Below are positions 31,737 through 49,578 of a DNA stretch of 64,000 nt, in pieces. How positions within the stretch are numbered: position 1 is the first letter of the stretch; every line of letters starts with the position of its first letter. This stretch comes from the human T2T-CHM13v2.0 reference genome, Homo sapiens. Position numbers and translations under genes: made by a program. The stretch lies in assembly GCF_009914755.1 (NCBI RefSeq), contig NC_060931.1. The stretch is one strand, 5' to 3'. Under the pieces are notes generated by a model. That model was not told the DNA's origin. It worked only from the letters and a program-made list of their open reading frames with translations, and did no database searches.

Positions 31737-32749
31737 CTAAATAAAGCAATATATTATATGACAGCCATCTGGCAAGGAGGCTGCTTTATAATGTCCAGAG
31801 CCCTGGCTGAAGATTTAATCAGGTGTGCAGAGTTAGCTCAATTCAGCAAGAACTTAACAAGGTATGGATGTTGGAAGGGAAAGCAGAGAAACTGAACTCT
31901 GCCTTGGTAAACAGAATCTAAGGGTAGACCAAAACCATACCATGGGAGACTGGAGATCAATTCGAAGTTCATGGGCACTTATTACCAGAAACACCAGACA
32001 GCCAGAGATCTGCTGGCCCTGGGGGGCAATCCTTTCCTTTCTTTGCTTGGTAAAGGGTGGGTCCAGTTGATGAAGACGGTCTGGTCCTCTCTTCCAGGCA
32101 AAGAGAGGACGGAGATTGGGCTGGGGCCAGGTATCTGGGAGCTGGGTCTGCTCTCCTGGGTGGAGCTTTCCCAGGCCAGTGGTGCAGACCAATGGGGACT
32201 GAAGTTGGAGATCCTGGTAAGACAGCTCCAGGGATACCCAAAGGAAAAAACCAAGCTAATGGAGGCAGCCAGAAAACAGGACACACCGCAGAACAAAAGA
32301 TGGATCACCAAGTGGAAAAATGAAGCAGAGGAGATCGGAGGAGGGTGAGTCCACCACCAAAAGCCATCTCCTGAGGCAAAGGCAGGTGGGGGTAGAGCCT
32401 GTGGGCAGTGAGGGAGCCCCGAAGGGAGCTGGGGGTTGCACAGGCATTTCCTCTCAACCGCTCTTCTTTCTAGCTTTCTGCCCTCAGAGAGGGTTAGTTT
32501 CCAGGGTAAGGGAATCCCAGGGGCAATTCACCACTCCGGGCTCCTCACAGAAACCAGTGCCCAAGTCCCCTCCTGCAATGTGATCTTCCAAACTAAAGAA
32601 AAGGTCTGCAGAGCCTCCAGGAGAAGATTCAGGGAAGCTGCTCTGGTGAAAAGGAAGCAGGGATTGCAGGATGGCGGATCTTCAAAGGGAAAAAGGAGAC
32701 CACAGAGCAGCTCTGTTGAATTGAAATATGACACAGCTTTCCTAGTAAT

Positions 32750-33732
<983 letters not shown>

Positions 33733-34363
33733 AGGAATGATCTTAATTGGCTTTTCAGATCAGTTTCATCGGCAACTCAGTGAGACAGAGGTTAAAGACG
33801 TGAGGTCACTGAAAATTCTGCAAACTCAGGAAGAAAATACACACTGGACCTACTGGTTTATACTCAATGTAAAATTCTCTTCACTGCTGCATACAATTTT
33901 GCAGCTTTGCATCCTTGCAAAGATAGAGAGTAAGATACAAAAATGCTGTTGATGTTTGGTGAGTCAGGACTCTCCTATACCACTGGTGGAAATGTAAATC
34001 TGTGGAAGTCTCTGGAAAGTCCTTTGACACAATATGTGTCAACAGACTCTGAAAACTTTCTATTTAGTAACTTCCCCTTCTAGAAACCCGCCTTTTGAAA
34101 AGAATCAGGGGTTCTGATGGGTTTTTTTTTTTTTTTTTTTGCTGTTTTTTCTTGTTAAACAAGGGACTTCCAGTCCTGGCTATAATAGAATAACTTGTAG
34201 CTCACACAGAGGACAACTGCTGGTGAATGGATTGACAAAGTATAGCATATTCATACAGTAGAACACAATTCAACAATAAATGCCAATGAAACAAGAATCC
34301 ATCATGAATGAGTGTCACAGATACTACACTGAGTGAGAGAAGCCAGACTCAAAAGAGTACTTA

Positions 34364-34700
<337 letters not shown>

Positions 34701-37700
34701 TCAGATCAATGGTTTCCTGAGGCAGGGGGCAGATGGGAGTGGGGGAGAAATTGACTGCAAAGAGGAATAAGGAAAATTTCTGGGGAGATAGAAATGTTCT
34801 GTGTCTTGATTGCATGCTTGCTCTCTCCCTTGTATACAGTCACATATGTGTGTGTATGTGTATATATGAATATACATATAGATACATACGACTTGTCAAA
34901 AGTCAGCAACCCATATGCTTGAAATCTGTGAATGTTATTGTATGAAATTACACTTCCATGAAATTGATTTTCTTTTAAGGAAAGGCAAAATAAAGTTTTT
35001 CCAGACAAAAACTGAGACTTTGTTGCTACCGTATCTGCACTAAAATGAACACTAAATAGAGTTTTTCAGGTAGAAAAAAAATGATCCCAAGACAAAAACA
35101 AAAATGATGAGCAACAGGAAGTGTTCATAAGCTGGGAAACAGAAATGGGTACTAACCGAACTATATTATATTAATATCTCGTGAGGTCACCAGGACCCCT
35201 CAGGAAATGATTGACCTAGAAAGGAGTCTCACCTCCTGGAGAGCAACCAGGACTCTGTCCCTGAATCATGGGGTGGCCCCAGAGAAACCACAGATACACA
35301 CTCACTCAGTGTCACTTTCACCGCAGGCTTCTTTCTTTCCTTGCACTGTCCCAGGGGACCCTGAGCGGAGATGTGCATTTCTTATAACTGAGATGCTAAG
35401 ATTAAAAAAAAAAAACATTTTATAAAGATGTTCTCCACATGTTCCTTTCTATGTTTTAATAACTTTTTCTGTAAGTATAAAACAATACCTGCTCACTGTA
35501 GAAAACTTGGGAAATGCAAAAAAAAAATTTAGAGGAATAAATTAAGTTCCCTATTATCCACATGCCATAACCACTATTCTCATTTTGGAGCACTTCCTTT
35601 CAGCTTTTCTCTGCATGCATTTGCGCCCACACTGACTTTTTGCATGTTTGGCATTACACCATGTTTTTGTTGTTCTCTTACCGTTATCTTGTGTTTCTTT
35701 GTAACTGCTAAGGCCCTCTTTGGAGCTGCAGAAGCTGGCTTCTGGATGACTTGGCTTCTAGAAAGCAGAATGTTTTGCTTTCCCTGGTTTTTCTCTTATA
35801 AAGAAGGGTAAGAACTCACCTGCCACTCTGCTGCTTTAAAGCTCTGCATCTGAGAAATTCCACGTGCCAAAAGGAGGCTCAAAGATAATGGCAAATGGTC
35901 TCCCTTTCCTCGGCCCGGCCATGCCTGCTTGAACTGCTAAAGCAAACCTGGACACCTTGCCCAGCAGCCTCTGCCAGCTGCGAGGCACATGACAGTGCTC
36001 TACCATCAGCGTGACCCATGGGATAGCTGCGAGGGGGTGGGCAGGGGCAGAGAGTGGTGGGACAACTCCATGAGGTTGCAGCTGTTCATTCCTTCTACAG
36101 AGATCCACTGAGCACTTCCTCATGTCCGGCCCTGCAACGTGCAAGGGCCCCAGCAGGGCCTAGTCTGATAATAGCTAACACCAAGTGTTGTACTAGGGCA
36201 TCAGCATGGATGTTAAGGCTTTATACACATGGTGAGAGGCAGGACAACATAAGGGTGAAATCTGTGGTGTCTGGGATCTCTAGAGACAGCAGTGTTCAAA
36301 TTCTGACTCATGAGCAAATTAGAGGGAAGTTCCTGCTAAATGGACCATGTTTGCTGGTGATTTTAGGCTGTGGGGAACAGGGGCACTCTCAGTTTATGTC
36401 TGTTCATGGGACTTTATTATAAGATCACTGATTATAAGGACCATCACTTGTTAGCAAGTTAGCCAGCCTTTCTGTGCCGTGATTGCCTCAAGGTAAGAGT
36501 TCCACCTCAAAATGTTGCTGTAAGGATTAAGTGAGTTAATATGCACAAAATGCCTAGGCCAGGGCTGGCACTCAGTAATGAGCGAATCATTTACTAATTT
36601 CTATTATCTCAATCCTTGCAACAACCCTAGGTGCCAGGGGTCATTGTTACCGCCAATTTACACATGAGGAAACTGAGGCACACAGAGGTCAAGTAGCTCC
36701 CTGCCCTCACAGAGTTTACAACTGGGCAGGACAGACAGACACAGAACAAGGAATCACAAGTATGGTGAATGTGTGGAAGAAGAAATGAGCAGAGAGAGAC
36801 GGGGGGTGCCGTGGCTCTCAAGGGCTTCCTTGGGCTCCAGCCAGCATGATCACAGACGTGTCTGCTCCCCTGCAGCCCTCTGTAATGGCAGGTGACAGGG
36901 AGACCCAGTTAGAGCTCCTCTCTCAGGGAGTTTGAATTTGAGACATTTAGAGAGATGCTGAGTCCCAAAAACCCACAGGAGGTGTGGGTTTGGCTGCCCA
37001 CAGCTGAGGCCACCAGCCACGGCTTCCCTTATTTTGTGTATCTTTATAATAAACCCCCATGAACATAGAGAGCCTCAGTGTGCCCCTGTTCTCTGCAGCC
37101 TAAAAAACACTAGCAAACATGATCCATTTAGCAGGAGCTTCATGCTGTGCAGAATCACCCAGCAGAGGTTTCCCTGCTCCATTGTGACTATGAGCGCCTT
37201 CCTCCCAGCATGAGCAGACAAGACTAGACTCCATCCCAACTGATGGGGCCAGATCGAGAACAGAAACCTCAAGAAAGTCATTTCCCATCATCAACACTGG
37301 CCTCATGATTTCACTCTTTCTTCAGGCACCCAATTGTTGGGAATCATTATTCGCTCTTTTTTTTTTTTCATGTTTATATTTCAAAATAAATAACACAGCT
37401 TTCCATAAATTGGTGTTGCAACAGTAGCAGCTAAGATTCCTAACAGATCTAAGCCCTGTTATAAAACATTCTTTAGCAATGTAGCAGATGCTATCTTAGA
37501 GTTACAACCCAGCGTTTTTCAACAGTGAGCTCTGTGTAGTCAGGCCATTCTGTAAGTTTTTCTACTGTGATACTTGCTATATAGGTTGGTAACAAATACA
37601 AGCATAAGCAAAACCAAGGCCAGCTTTGCTGGCACCCAGGTCATATGGAACCTGGCCCAGTGCCATGCCATCTGCCTCTGCTCCTGTTCTGACCCTCCCT

Positions 37701-38211
37701 CCTCAAGCTCTGACCACTTCTTGAAGTGAGTTCCCAAACAGCTCTGCTCTCTGCAACCTTGGCGGCCACAGGAAAAGGCCAGTGATTTTATGAACACAGA
37801 AAGGATTGGCTTCTAGGATATAACTTTATGGGTCACAGGAGAGTTTTCAAAGACTTTCCCACCCCTTCCTTGAAAACCAACACAGTGGTAGAAGTATTCA
37901 GTTCATCAAACAGTTCAGGTTCTTCTCCTAGACACCTGGTAGGATTACACTTCCCTACCCCTTTGAAGTTACAGGCTTTAACTCATGAAACATGAGCAGA
38001 AACGGAATGTGTTGCTTTGGGTAGGAGGCTTTTAGCCATCACTGCTTAATTTATCAATGTGCAATTTTTTTTTTTTTGCTTCTGGCACTATGATTAGCAC
38101 AAGATGGGGGCAGCTGCATCAGCTCAGGCCCACAAATAACCACAATGAGTAGCTCTTGCCAACTCGCAAAGGACATAAGATATGAGGAAGAAATCAACCT
38201 TGATTGTTTGA

Positions 38212-38390
38212 TAGCCAGGCATGGTGGTGCACGCCTACTGTCCTAATGACTCAGGAGGCCGAGGCAGGAGGATCACTTGAGCCCAGGAGTTCAGAGTTCG
38301 AGGCTACAGTGAGCTAGGATCACACCACTGTACTCCAGCCTGGGTGACAAGTGAGACCCCTGTTTCTTAAAAAATAAACAAAACAAAAAA
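38212..38390 (+). mobile_element. Partial Alu (right arm) inside a MaLR-like LTR
   Basis: AGCCAGGCATGGTGG...A-rich tail. Confidence 0.8.
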
Positions 38391-39377
38391 CCTTCGTTGT
38401 CTGAGCCCACTACATTAAAGGATCCCTCTTAGCACAGAAAAGTCACTACAACCTTTTTCAGATACTATAACTATTTATGGAATTAAGATTTAAGATAAAA
38501 TATAACACCATTCCCTGTCTACCTCAGACTCAGCAGTAATCTATATAGGGAGATACTGCTTTACTAGGAAGAAAAATAGGCAGGACATGCACCTTCTTTA
38601 TTTGTCCTTGGGTTACATCATTCACCTTCTCCCAACTTGTGTTGGGTCCTGCCACCTCACTCCACCCCTCACTTGGCTCCACAGAACCACATCCATCATT
38701 TCTGTTAGAATTACTGGGTTGGTATCCTTAAAAGCCAAGCCGACCAGTGATGAAAAAGAACACGGTGGAGCTGCATGTACTGACATAGAAAGAGCCTTAA
38801 GACATCCTGTCACTTGAAAAATGTAAGTTGCAGAAAGAAATATAGAGTATAATAACATTTATATGGCTTGCCCACATCCCCTGCCCTCCAAATACACAAA
38901 GCACTCCACGTTCTCTATAGGCATACGCCCGTGAATGTAAATGCAAAGAAAACCACCTGTGAGAAGACACACGGTGTGAGAATGAAAATTACTTCTGGAA
39001 AGGGAGAGGACACCAGGAGTAGGGTAGGACTTTTATTCGTAATGTTTTTTTTTTTTATAAGAAGGCTATACACTTGCATGATTGAAATATTTTAGGGCCT
39101 TTTCCTCATTAGGGCATCTCAGGACATCTTGAGGCAGGCCAGCACAACATTCTCAGCGACTGCCTTGTTTTGAGGAACTATGACTTTCAACTCAAAGGGC
39201 CCACCTGCCCTAGAGAGAAAATGCTTGGTCTTCATTAAACTAAACGATGGTTCATTAAGACCAAACAAACTCAGATGAGATGTTAAGACTTTCTGTGCAC
39301 CTGTAAATCAATAAAAAGCTCTTCCTGTTTTGTGAAAGTATCACAATAAATCTGATGGGATTGTGGGTGGGAACAGT

Positions 39378-39702
<325 letters not shown>

Positions 39703-42700
39703 TATATTTTGTTTTAAATTTAGTAGAAGGCCATCAACTTAGGGTATTACCATTAAGCCTAGTTAGAAATAAGGAATATAAAGTGAAAAATAATCAGTCC
39801 CCACAAAAATAGTACAGAGCAAAAGTCAACAATACTGGCTTTCAAGTGGATTTTTAAAATCCCAGAGCCACAAGAAATACCATATTGAAGAAATGCTCAA
39901 TGGTTGCCAAACGTTTCATTTCCTTTGTCTTGTATTTCCTCTTTTTTTCATAAAACACATACCTCTGAACACTTCAAAACATTAGCAGCTCAACTGCCTT
40001 CTGGAACATTCTGACACCGAGTGATGTTTTAATTTTGATTTCTCAGCAGCAAATGGATGATGTCAAAGGGGCCTCACATTTTCCTAACCAGTATCAGCTC
40101 CCCAACCCAAATGGTTATTATTACCAAGGAAACTAGTTCAGATTCTTTTTCCCTTTCTGTTAAAAACACATCCTATCACCCAAGTTTAACCAGAAAATGC
40201 CATCTCTGGTAAAGTCACAACCTGCCATACACAACATGGGCTTCTCAGACATTCTGCCCACCACCATCCTGGACAATAGGAATAGATAACTGATATTCAT
40301 TTATTGAATGAACTAAGTTAAAGCCATCATTCCCTGCCTACCTCATGTAGGTACCTGCCTACCTCAGAGGTGATATAACCCAGATTGCAAATGTCAATTA
40401 GAGTGGGCTCCACCAACCCCCAACATAACTGGCACACATATACCCATGAATGGGGACCACATCTGAATTCTCCTTTAGGAAATGACTTCTCTTGAATATG
40501 ATTCATTTTGGTGAATTTAATCCACAGGCTCCACAGTTTTACAAGTAAAGAAGATAATTATACTCTAGTTGTTGACATGAACTGCTTGGATGTTCAGGGT
40601 TGTGGTGATGACGTGAACAACAGACTTCTTCACTCTGCAAGTTACCCAACAGCAAGCTGGGTGGATGAAGCCATGCCAACAGCATCTGGCAGGAGCCAGC
40701 ACCAAGCACACCTTACACAGCTTCGACAGAGCTGCACGGAGAACACATATGCTTGGTCAGCTCAAATGGTGTCCTACTTTTCCTGCTGCATGATCCACAA
40801 CAATCTGTGTTCTGTTGTTGTCTGTTTGTTTTTCTTGCTTGGTTTACAATTTCTTAAGGAACTTAACCCGGAAAACAAGCCCGGTCATGTGGGCCTCTGC
40901 CATGCCAGAACACTATAGGCAGCCGACTCTGGAGACAATTTAGCAGATGGATGAAGCTACAATTATTATTGGAAGCTTTTTAACTCCATTGACACTCACT
41001 GACTTTAAGTATCTGAAAGCACTTAATCCCTCAGAATTTGAAAGCAGATGGAAGTCAGTCCCTCCCGGAATCACCTTTCTCTCTCCCGGCTTCCTTCCCC
41101 TCCCTACTCCCTCTTCCCTCCCTCTAGCTCCCTCTGTCTCTCATACAAAGTACCTTATAGTGTGAGCTCCAGACACACAGACACTGCCATCCTGCCTACA
41201 AAGAAAGGAATGCAGACACAGCCAACGTCAGCATTCGGGGTGGGACCACAGTGGAACGCATACATCCTTTCACAGCTGCCAAGGCCTTCTGGGAAGTCCA
41301 ATGCCTGCCCCCACATCTCTCAGAGCCAAACATCTTCTTCTGGTCAGGAAACCCTGTTCAGAGTGCACAGAGAGCCAGCTCCTCCCTTCTCTGCTGAAAT
41401 CCTGGGCTCCTGAGGTCAAACAGAATGTTGTCCAAGCCACCTATTTTAGAGATGGGAAAACAGAGGCCCTGGGCAGGGCCCTGGACTTGTCCGGATCAAT
41501 CAAAACTAGCATCCAAGTCTCCTGGCTGCGAGACAGTTGCTTCTTTTGTCTACTTCTGGCCAGAGTAGCCTCCTCAGTAGCCAAACATTTCCTCCATCCC
41601 CCCAGCGGGGATGTCACCTGTCAGAATGGGAAAAGGGTAGGGTTCCCACCTTACTCTGTTTCTCCCCTAAGCCCATCTCTCCCTGCTGGGAAGGCCCATG
41701 GTATTCTATCCCCGCCTCTCTCAGAGGGCGTGCAACTTTGTGTCCTAAGTTGATTATTTTCCTTTCACATTGGTTGGTAGTGGCAGTGAAGGACACAGAC
41801 TCTAAAGCCAGGCTATCTGGTTCCAATCACCAGCTATGTGACTTGGACAAATAATGCTCTCTTCTGTGCTTCTGTTTTCTTCTCTGTAAGTACAGATAAT
41901 AACTGTACCTACTCCATGTAGGGATCTCTGTGAGCATGCAGTGAGTTAATACACGTACATACGGTATTTAGAACAGCACTGGTCACATAGTAAGCACCGG
42001 CCGTGACCTACAAGAGGGCAGCCTAGGCCAGCATTTCCATCTGTCATCTTCAAGGCCAGCACTGATGACAAGGGAGGGCGACCATCTGGTGAGTCACCGT
42101 ATCTCCAGCACATAGAGGGTGCTCGATAGGAACCGTCGAATGAATGAATCTGGCCCGGTGCACTGCGTATAGCAGGTGCTTCATCATGTCCACTGATACG
42201 TGGATTTCCATAATTCACAGGCTCACTTAGGGAATGTCACTTACCAAGTTTATTGGTGAATAAATTCAACTTTCCATCACCAATAGTTTCTGTTGCTCTA
42301 AGGCATTTATCTTCGCTGCTGTCTTTAAAAGGTTAACCAGAGCCCAGCTGTCAATGTCAAAAGCATTGCCTGTGCGACCACTTGGTACTTAATCACCTAC
42401 TGCTTGACATTTTCTTGGTTTTATCCAGGCTTTGAAAAACAAAGTTCCCAAAACACTGCACTTGATATTCATCTCTGAGGGGCCAGTGAATAAAAATATC
42501 TTAATGAAGAAAGCCAGCAGAAAACAACAGAGCCTTGAAGTGGAAACCGGTTTCCTGGAACTCCACTCTGCGAGAGGGCTGAAGTGTTTATGCAGAGGAA
42601 AGTGCCACAGAAGTGGCCGATCTGGAAGCTGGAGGACATCTGGATATGGCATTTAGGACTGACACAGAAAGTGTCTGGGGCTTATCAAGTGAAAAGCACT

Positions 42701-44244
42701 CCACAAGAACAAAATATATTAGTCACCACCAAAGTGGGAGTTGAAACCGGGCCCACAGCAAATAAACACTCTGCTGATCGCTGGCCAAAATGCTTAGCTG
42801 AAGACGTTTATTAACCCCATTGAACATGTATACAGAGTCAGCAAGCATCTAGGACACAAACCTGTCACAGAGCTAAGTGGGAGAGTACCCAGGGATTTAT
42901 GTGTGGTGACCCTGAGTGGCATTAAGAGGTTGAGAAGCTGATAGAGCCATAACCCCTAAAGCATCTGCCCCAGACACTGCACCCCTTGGGCCAGGACTGC
43001 TCTCTTCCCTCACTAAGTGAGGTCCCATGTTAAGCAGAAGGCCTGCCCAACCAGCCGAGATACACCTGGCCTGCAACACATCTGGCACTGCAACCTCATG
43101 ACCGCTTCACAGCAAGGAAGGAGAAACAGGGTCAGTGCAGATGCCTGGAAGCAGCCAGCATGCAGTGCTAAGGATGTGGGTCCCACACAGTGGAGGCTTT
43201 TCCTGTGACCTGAAAACACCCAATAAAGAATTTTGTTTTTACCAAACCCTGGGTCTCTCAAGTGCACACAATGATGAATTCAGATTTTCAAAGGTGAACA
43301 GAGCTGGGAAGGCACCCTCTTTGGGATTTCTGGGCAAGAGCTAGGCGGAGCAGAACAGACTAGCGTGAAAAACTGACAGCCCTTCCCATAGCCAGGGGGC
43401 CCTGACATTTGGTGCCTACAGATTCTGACCCCCTGACCTGTACATGCCCAACCTCCCTCCACTCTTCGGGGTCTTTTGTTCCTGTTTCTAAAGAGCCAGG
43501 AAGGACTGGACTCCACCCTAGTCCATCCACTGAAGCTCCTGATGAAGGATGCCAGGTGCCTAGGAGGCCCATATGCATTTACACTCATCTGTCCCAGAAA
43601 ACTACAGAGCATGTGCCGTGGGCTGGGCAGGCCTGGTTCCAAATCCTGCCTCTGCCTTCTTTCACTTTGTTTTGAGCCTCAGTTCCCTCATCTGGAGATT
43701 GAAAACTAGACACTCCAGAACTGTTTCACACACTAAGACAAGGTTTATATAGCTTAAGAAGTAGAGATTGTTCATTATCTGAATAAATAGAAGTGACTAA
43801 TGATCTTTTTCTTGTATATTATGAATGACAGGAAAAAGTCAGGAGGGGAAATTCCTCCAAAGCTTCCCTCCGCACTTTAGAATAAAATCCCAAATCCTTA
43901 CCCAGCCCAGGAGGCCCTACTTGGCCTGAGTGTGTCTCATTATTTAGCTCTGTACCCTCCTGGGCTTGGGCCTTACCACACCAGCCACTCAACACACCCA
44001 CATCCTTCCCATTCACCTCTGGGTCTTTGAACCCACTGTTCTCTGCATCCAGCATGATTTCACTCTTTTTTTCATCCCAAGTCCTAGTTGAAAAGGCTCA
44101 TTCCTTGAGAGGCATCCCCAGACTCTCCTAATTCTAGTTCTGCTCTGATCTCCTGTCTCATGACATGCTGTTGTTTTCACTTAAAGCACTTTCCACAAGT
44201 TACAATTATGTATTTACCTGTGTGCTTACTGCCCTAACCTCCTA

Positions 44245-44565
44245 CTTATGGACTGATGTTTATGTCCCTCCAAAGTTCACATGGTGAGGGAGAACCCCCG
44301 ATCTGATGGTGTTTACAGATAGGGCTGTTGGGAGGTGAATAGGTTTAAATGAGGTCGTGGGGGTGGAGCCCCAATGATGGGATTAGTGCCCTTATAGCAA
44401 GAGACATGAGAAACCTCTTTCACAAATCAGGAAGAGGGTCCTCACCAAACTCCCATGCTGGCAACCAGGTCTCACACTTCCAGCCTGCAGAACTGTGAGA
44501 GATAAATGTTTGTTGCTTAAGTCCCCCAGTCTGTGATAGTTTTAGCAACCCAAGCTGACTAAGAC
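44245..44565 (+). mobile_element. MaLR LTR (MLT1A-like)
   Basis: Contains CTTCCAGCCTGCAGAACTGTGAGAGATAAATG and ends GACTAAGACA. Confidence 0.68.
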
Positions 44566-46106
44566 ATCCTCTCCACCCGGCAGCCTCCAAATTCCATATG
44601 GCCAGAGGCAGGGTCTGTTTCATTCATTGCTGTAATCCAAGTACTTAGTAGACTCCTGGCACCAGCAAGACTTTCTGATAATATTTGTTGAATTAACATG
44701 TTGCAGAATTGAAGCCCCAAAGTGCCAGAAGGAACCAAGAGCTATAAATAGCTTTCTAACAGCCTTCCACACCAGGGTGGGGGGCCAGCAGAGCACTTCA
44801 CACACACAGAAAGCCAGAAAAACAATTACTACCTCATTATCAGGAATGCTAAAGCAGCCACACCTCACTCAACTGAGAATTTGCCTTTCTGGGCCCCCAA
44901 ATTCCACTGACCCAGACCTCAGGGAAGATTGCCAGAACTCAAGAAGAGGCCAAAGCCACTGGGGTAAAGGAGAGGGAGGATGAGTAAGGAATGTCAGAAA
45001 AGGTGGTGTACTTAGAACAGACCACTGCACCTTTGATGTAATATTATTTTCAATACTGTTGCTGTCCACCTGAGTCTCAACCTGGGATCTCCTAGGCCTG
45101 GTTTCTGTCTTCCAAACACCCCCCACATCTGTCTGGGTGAAGGCATGTTTTATTACACACAGGCTAACAATCTCAGTGCATCGAGATGACATTTATCTCA
45201 AAACTAACATTGCAACCCACTCTAATAATGTTAGTCAATATCAGTATCAGATTTTTTTTTCCAGTTGATATTAACCAGCCTAAGCAATGGATGAGGTTTA
45301 ATGTTATCTGGAAGTGGGAGGAGGCGACAGGAGGAGTGAGCTGCCACTTTCACTTCCTAAGTAAGCTGCTCTTTGGAAGCAGGGGCTCTGTTTCCAGAAA
45401 TATGGCCCTACACAGAGCATAAGCACATCTGACTGTTAATGGCAGGAGATGGGCATCAGGAGGTAGGTAGAATAAGCAGGGGTGGGGGTACTCACTGAGC
45501 AGCTGGGGCAGTGGTTAAGAACAGGGACTCTGCTTCAAGTCCTGGGATAGACTTTGGGCTAGTTATTTAATCTTGTTGAGCCTCAGTTGTCTCCTCTATA
45601 AAACAAGGGAAATGATAACCACTGCACAGGGGCGCTGGGAAGATAAAATGAGCTAAAAACAAACAACAAAAACCCTAAACTCTTAGACCAGTGTGGGACA
45701 CAGGAAGTCTATGTAAATGCTATTCTTATTTAGGGTCTACCAGATCAGGCCTGTCATCATTTCATTTAATCAAATCAAGCCTCAAAGCAATCTTTCCAGA
45801 TAGGTAGAGTTAGCCCATTTTACAGATTCAAAAGCCAAGGCTCAAGAAGATTAAAAACCTTATCTGAAGTCACACAACTAGGAGAAGGAAAGACCAGCCC
45901 TGGAACCAAAGTAATCATCATAATCTTTATCATCATAATCATGACTTACTAGAAGCTGGGTGATGTGCTAAGCACTTTACATAGATTAGCTCATCAAATA
46001 CTGAAAACTGCCCAGCAAGGAAAGCATTATTGTAACTAGTTTACAAAGGAGGACACAGAGTTGGAGTGGTTAAGTATGTTGGTGAAGGTCACACAGTTAG
46101 TTAAGG

Positions 46107-46450
46107 CAGTGATCCCCAACCTTTTTGGCACGAGGAACTGGTTTCATGGAAGACAATTTTTCCACAGACAGCGGCGAGTAGGGGCACAGGGGAGATCGTT
46201 TTAGGATGAAACTGTCTACCTCAGATCATCAGGCATTAAATTCTCATAAGGAATGTGCAGCCTAGATCCCTCGCGTGTGCGGTTCACCATAGGGTTCCCC
46301 TCGCATGAGAATCTGATGCCACCGCTGATCTGACAGGAGGCAGAGTTCAGGCGGTAATGCTTGCTCACTGCTGCTCACCTTCTGCTGTGCGGCCCACCTA
46401 AGAGGCCACCGACTGGTATTGGTCCATGGCCTAGGGACTGGGGACCCCTG
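46107..46450 (+). mobile_element. MER1B-like hAT DNA transposon inserted in a MIR
   Basis: TIRs CAGTGATCCCC / GGGGACCCCTG; degenerate 8-bp TSD AGTTAAGG/AAGTAAGG. Confidence 0.75.
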
Positions 46451-49059
46451 AAGTAAGGAATAAAACAGGAATTGGATCCTGGTTCTGACTCCAAAACCCA
46501 TTGTTTCTTCCATTTCAGCCCTGCATGTCTGGTATACTTTATAGACCCAACATCTCTATTTGAAATCATCAACACGCCTGTTTTCATATTAAGTATGAAA
46601 CACTAGCTTTGTTAAATGGAGTCCAGAAATGACCCACTCACTGAAGGGGCCTGTGTTGTAAGGAGTTAGGATATCCCCTGCCAAAAAAGCCTAGCTTTCC
46701 CCCAGTTCCTTCCAAGAAGGTTTGGTTTTGAGGTCATAGGCAGCAATCTGGGCATGTGTTACAAGAAGCAGGGGAAGTTCTTACTCATTAGACTTTTAAT
46801 CTTTTGGGAATTAGAAAACGAATACTCTCCCAAGTAAATCATCATCTGCTCTCAGCTCTGCTATCATGTAAGGCGTTTCCTTAGCAATATGTGACTGCCA
46901 GGCCCAGTTGCATGTGGCTCTGAAAATATCTACCAAATGACTACATTCTCCCAATTCTGACCCTAACCTGTATGGTGGCAATGACAGAACAGAAGGCCAA
47001 GGGACATCAACTTTCTGAAACAAATGTAATCAAGGTGAATGTTCATGTTTTATTAAAATCTTAATCTGCCAAAACCTGGCACTAATCTGGTGCTCACTTT
47101 GAAATTATCTGGGCCCTTACTACAGTGCTCTATAATTTAGAGGAAAAGGACGCTTCAGTAAAACAAATTCTAAAGTGGCAGTTTACTGGAGAGTAACTTT
47201 TAATTTCCATGCAGTATAATACAAAATTGCCTTGTTGGCTCTAAGGACGTGCATCCCTCATCAGGGAACTCTGCCCCATTAGAGGACCAAGGTGAGATCC
47301 CTTCAGAGTGGCATCATCCCCGGTTGGCTCAATGGCTCCAGAGACAGGGAGGATGGCGAAGAGAAGGGCCGGTGGCATGCCTGCCTTAGCCAACTCTGCA
47401 CAGGAATCTCTGCCCACAGTTTGGACTGTGGCAGTTCCAGATAAAACACATGTTTAAATAAGAGTTCAAGCCAGGAAGTCTTGCCTGAATGAACTTTCTA
47501 GCGTGGGTAAAAAATGTCAGCTAACTGACATGCCAGTGACTACTCACCTCTCACCACAAGAGTCAAGTTTAGAAACAACACTTGCCCTCAACGAGTATTT
47601 GATGCGCTAAAGAGTTTTTCCAGAAACCAGGTCAGACCTTTTGGATAAATCAAAGGAGGCCCCTTGTGTGACATGCAACTGACTGTCCCTAGAAGATAAA
47701 AGAAAATGGGACTTCTGAAAACTTGCAAAATACCTAGAGCCTCTGCATGACAAAAATTCAGCATAAGTACACATTTTAGCTTTTCTAATTTCTTCTTGCC
47801 TAAAAAAAATCCCCCCAATAATAAGAATGATAGAAGAAACTAGTAACTTAAACCTTAAATCCTACGTTCATATCTTAGATTTTGAACAAATATTGAATCC
47901 TTTTCTTTGAATAAGAGATAAGACTTTGATAGTCTTGTGTAAGCAAATATCAGTGATCACACATACACTAGAAAAACACTTGATCTTTATGCCTATATTA
48001 CTTACTGTTTCTATTTCTGATGTCTAATCTAAACAGCACTGCTGTTAGGATCAAAGTGACCATCCATGATGCACAGAGCACGTACCAGGGTAAAGTTCCA
48101 GCTGGGACGCAGGCATCAGCAATTGTAGAATTTGGGTTCTCCCTTCCTCAGATCCCTGACTGTCCTTGGTCATTCAAGAAAGATTCACTGTCCCTAGGCC
48201 AAGAGTCAGGAGCAAAACAGGAACACCAAGGGTATGGTCTGAGGATGTTGTCAGCAGGGAGCAACGTGCGTGTGTGTGCACATACACTAATTCTGAGACA
48301 CTGTGCACAGCCCAGCTTTCTTGGAAAGCCATTTAAAAGATATATATGTGGCAACAGAGAGGAGGAAGTCTCAAGATTAAGAACAGCTTTTGAGTGTGTG
48401 TGTGTCAAAATATTCATTCCTATCACATGCAGTAAAACTGTATTCCAGAGCCATTAATACGCCCTGGGGGACTGAGGGGATTTGCAGCCTAAGATTTCAG
48501 ACTTAAAGCCCGCTAAGGCCCTGAGCGGGGCAGCAGGGCAGGAGAAGGAATGGAGCGTTGAAGGGAACATTTTATAGACATTCTCCCTCATAGTGGCTGT
48601 ACTAAGTAAACAATTAACGGGCACAAACTGCCACTCCAGTGTCTAATAACTACCTCTGCCAGAGCACCTGCCAGCGCCACCACCTTCCAGGTGTGTGATG
48701 CACATCATCTCGCTGAACTATGCTAGCCTCAGGAGAGGGTTGCTCTTTATTTTACAGGTGGGAAAACAGGGGCTTGGAGAGGTCAAGGAACTTGCCCAAA
48801 GTCACAGCATAGAAGTGACAGAATCCGAGTTTTGACCCAGATTTGATGGGTTCCAAAGCGTGAACTTATTTCTCCACTCCACAAAAATAAAACCTACTCT
48901 TCTTACAATATTTGAAAGAGCCCTCTTCTACCACTCTGCTGTTTGTTTTAAACACAGCTTGCTTATCTGTCTGGCATATTCGGTAGAAGTCTGTACTTTG
49001 TCAATGCCTGGTTTGCCTGGATTTCAGCTACCTGGCCCCTGGCATCTAAGCCTGGGTGA

Positions 49060-49578
<519 letters not shown>
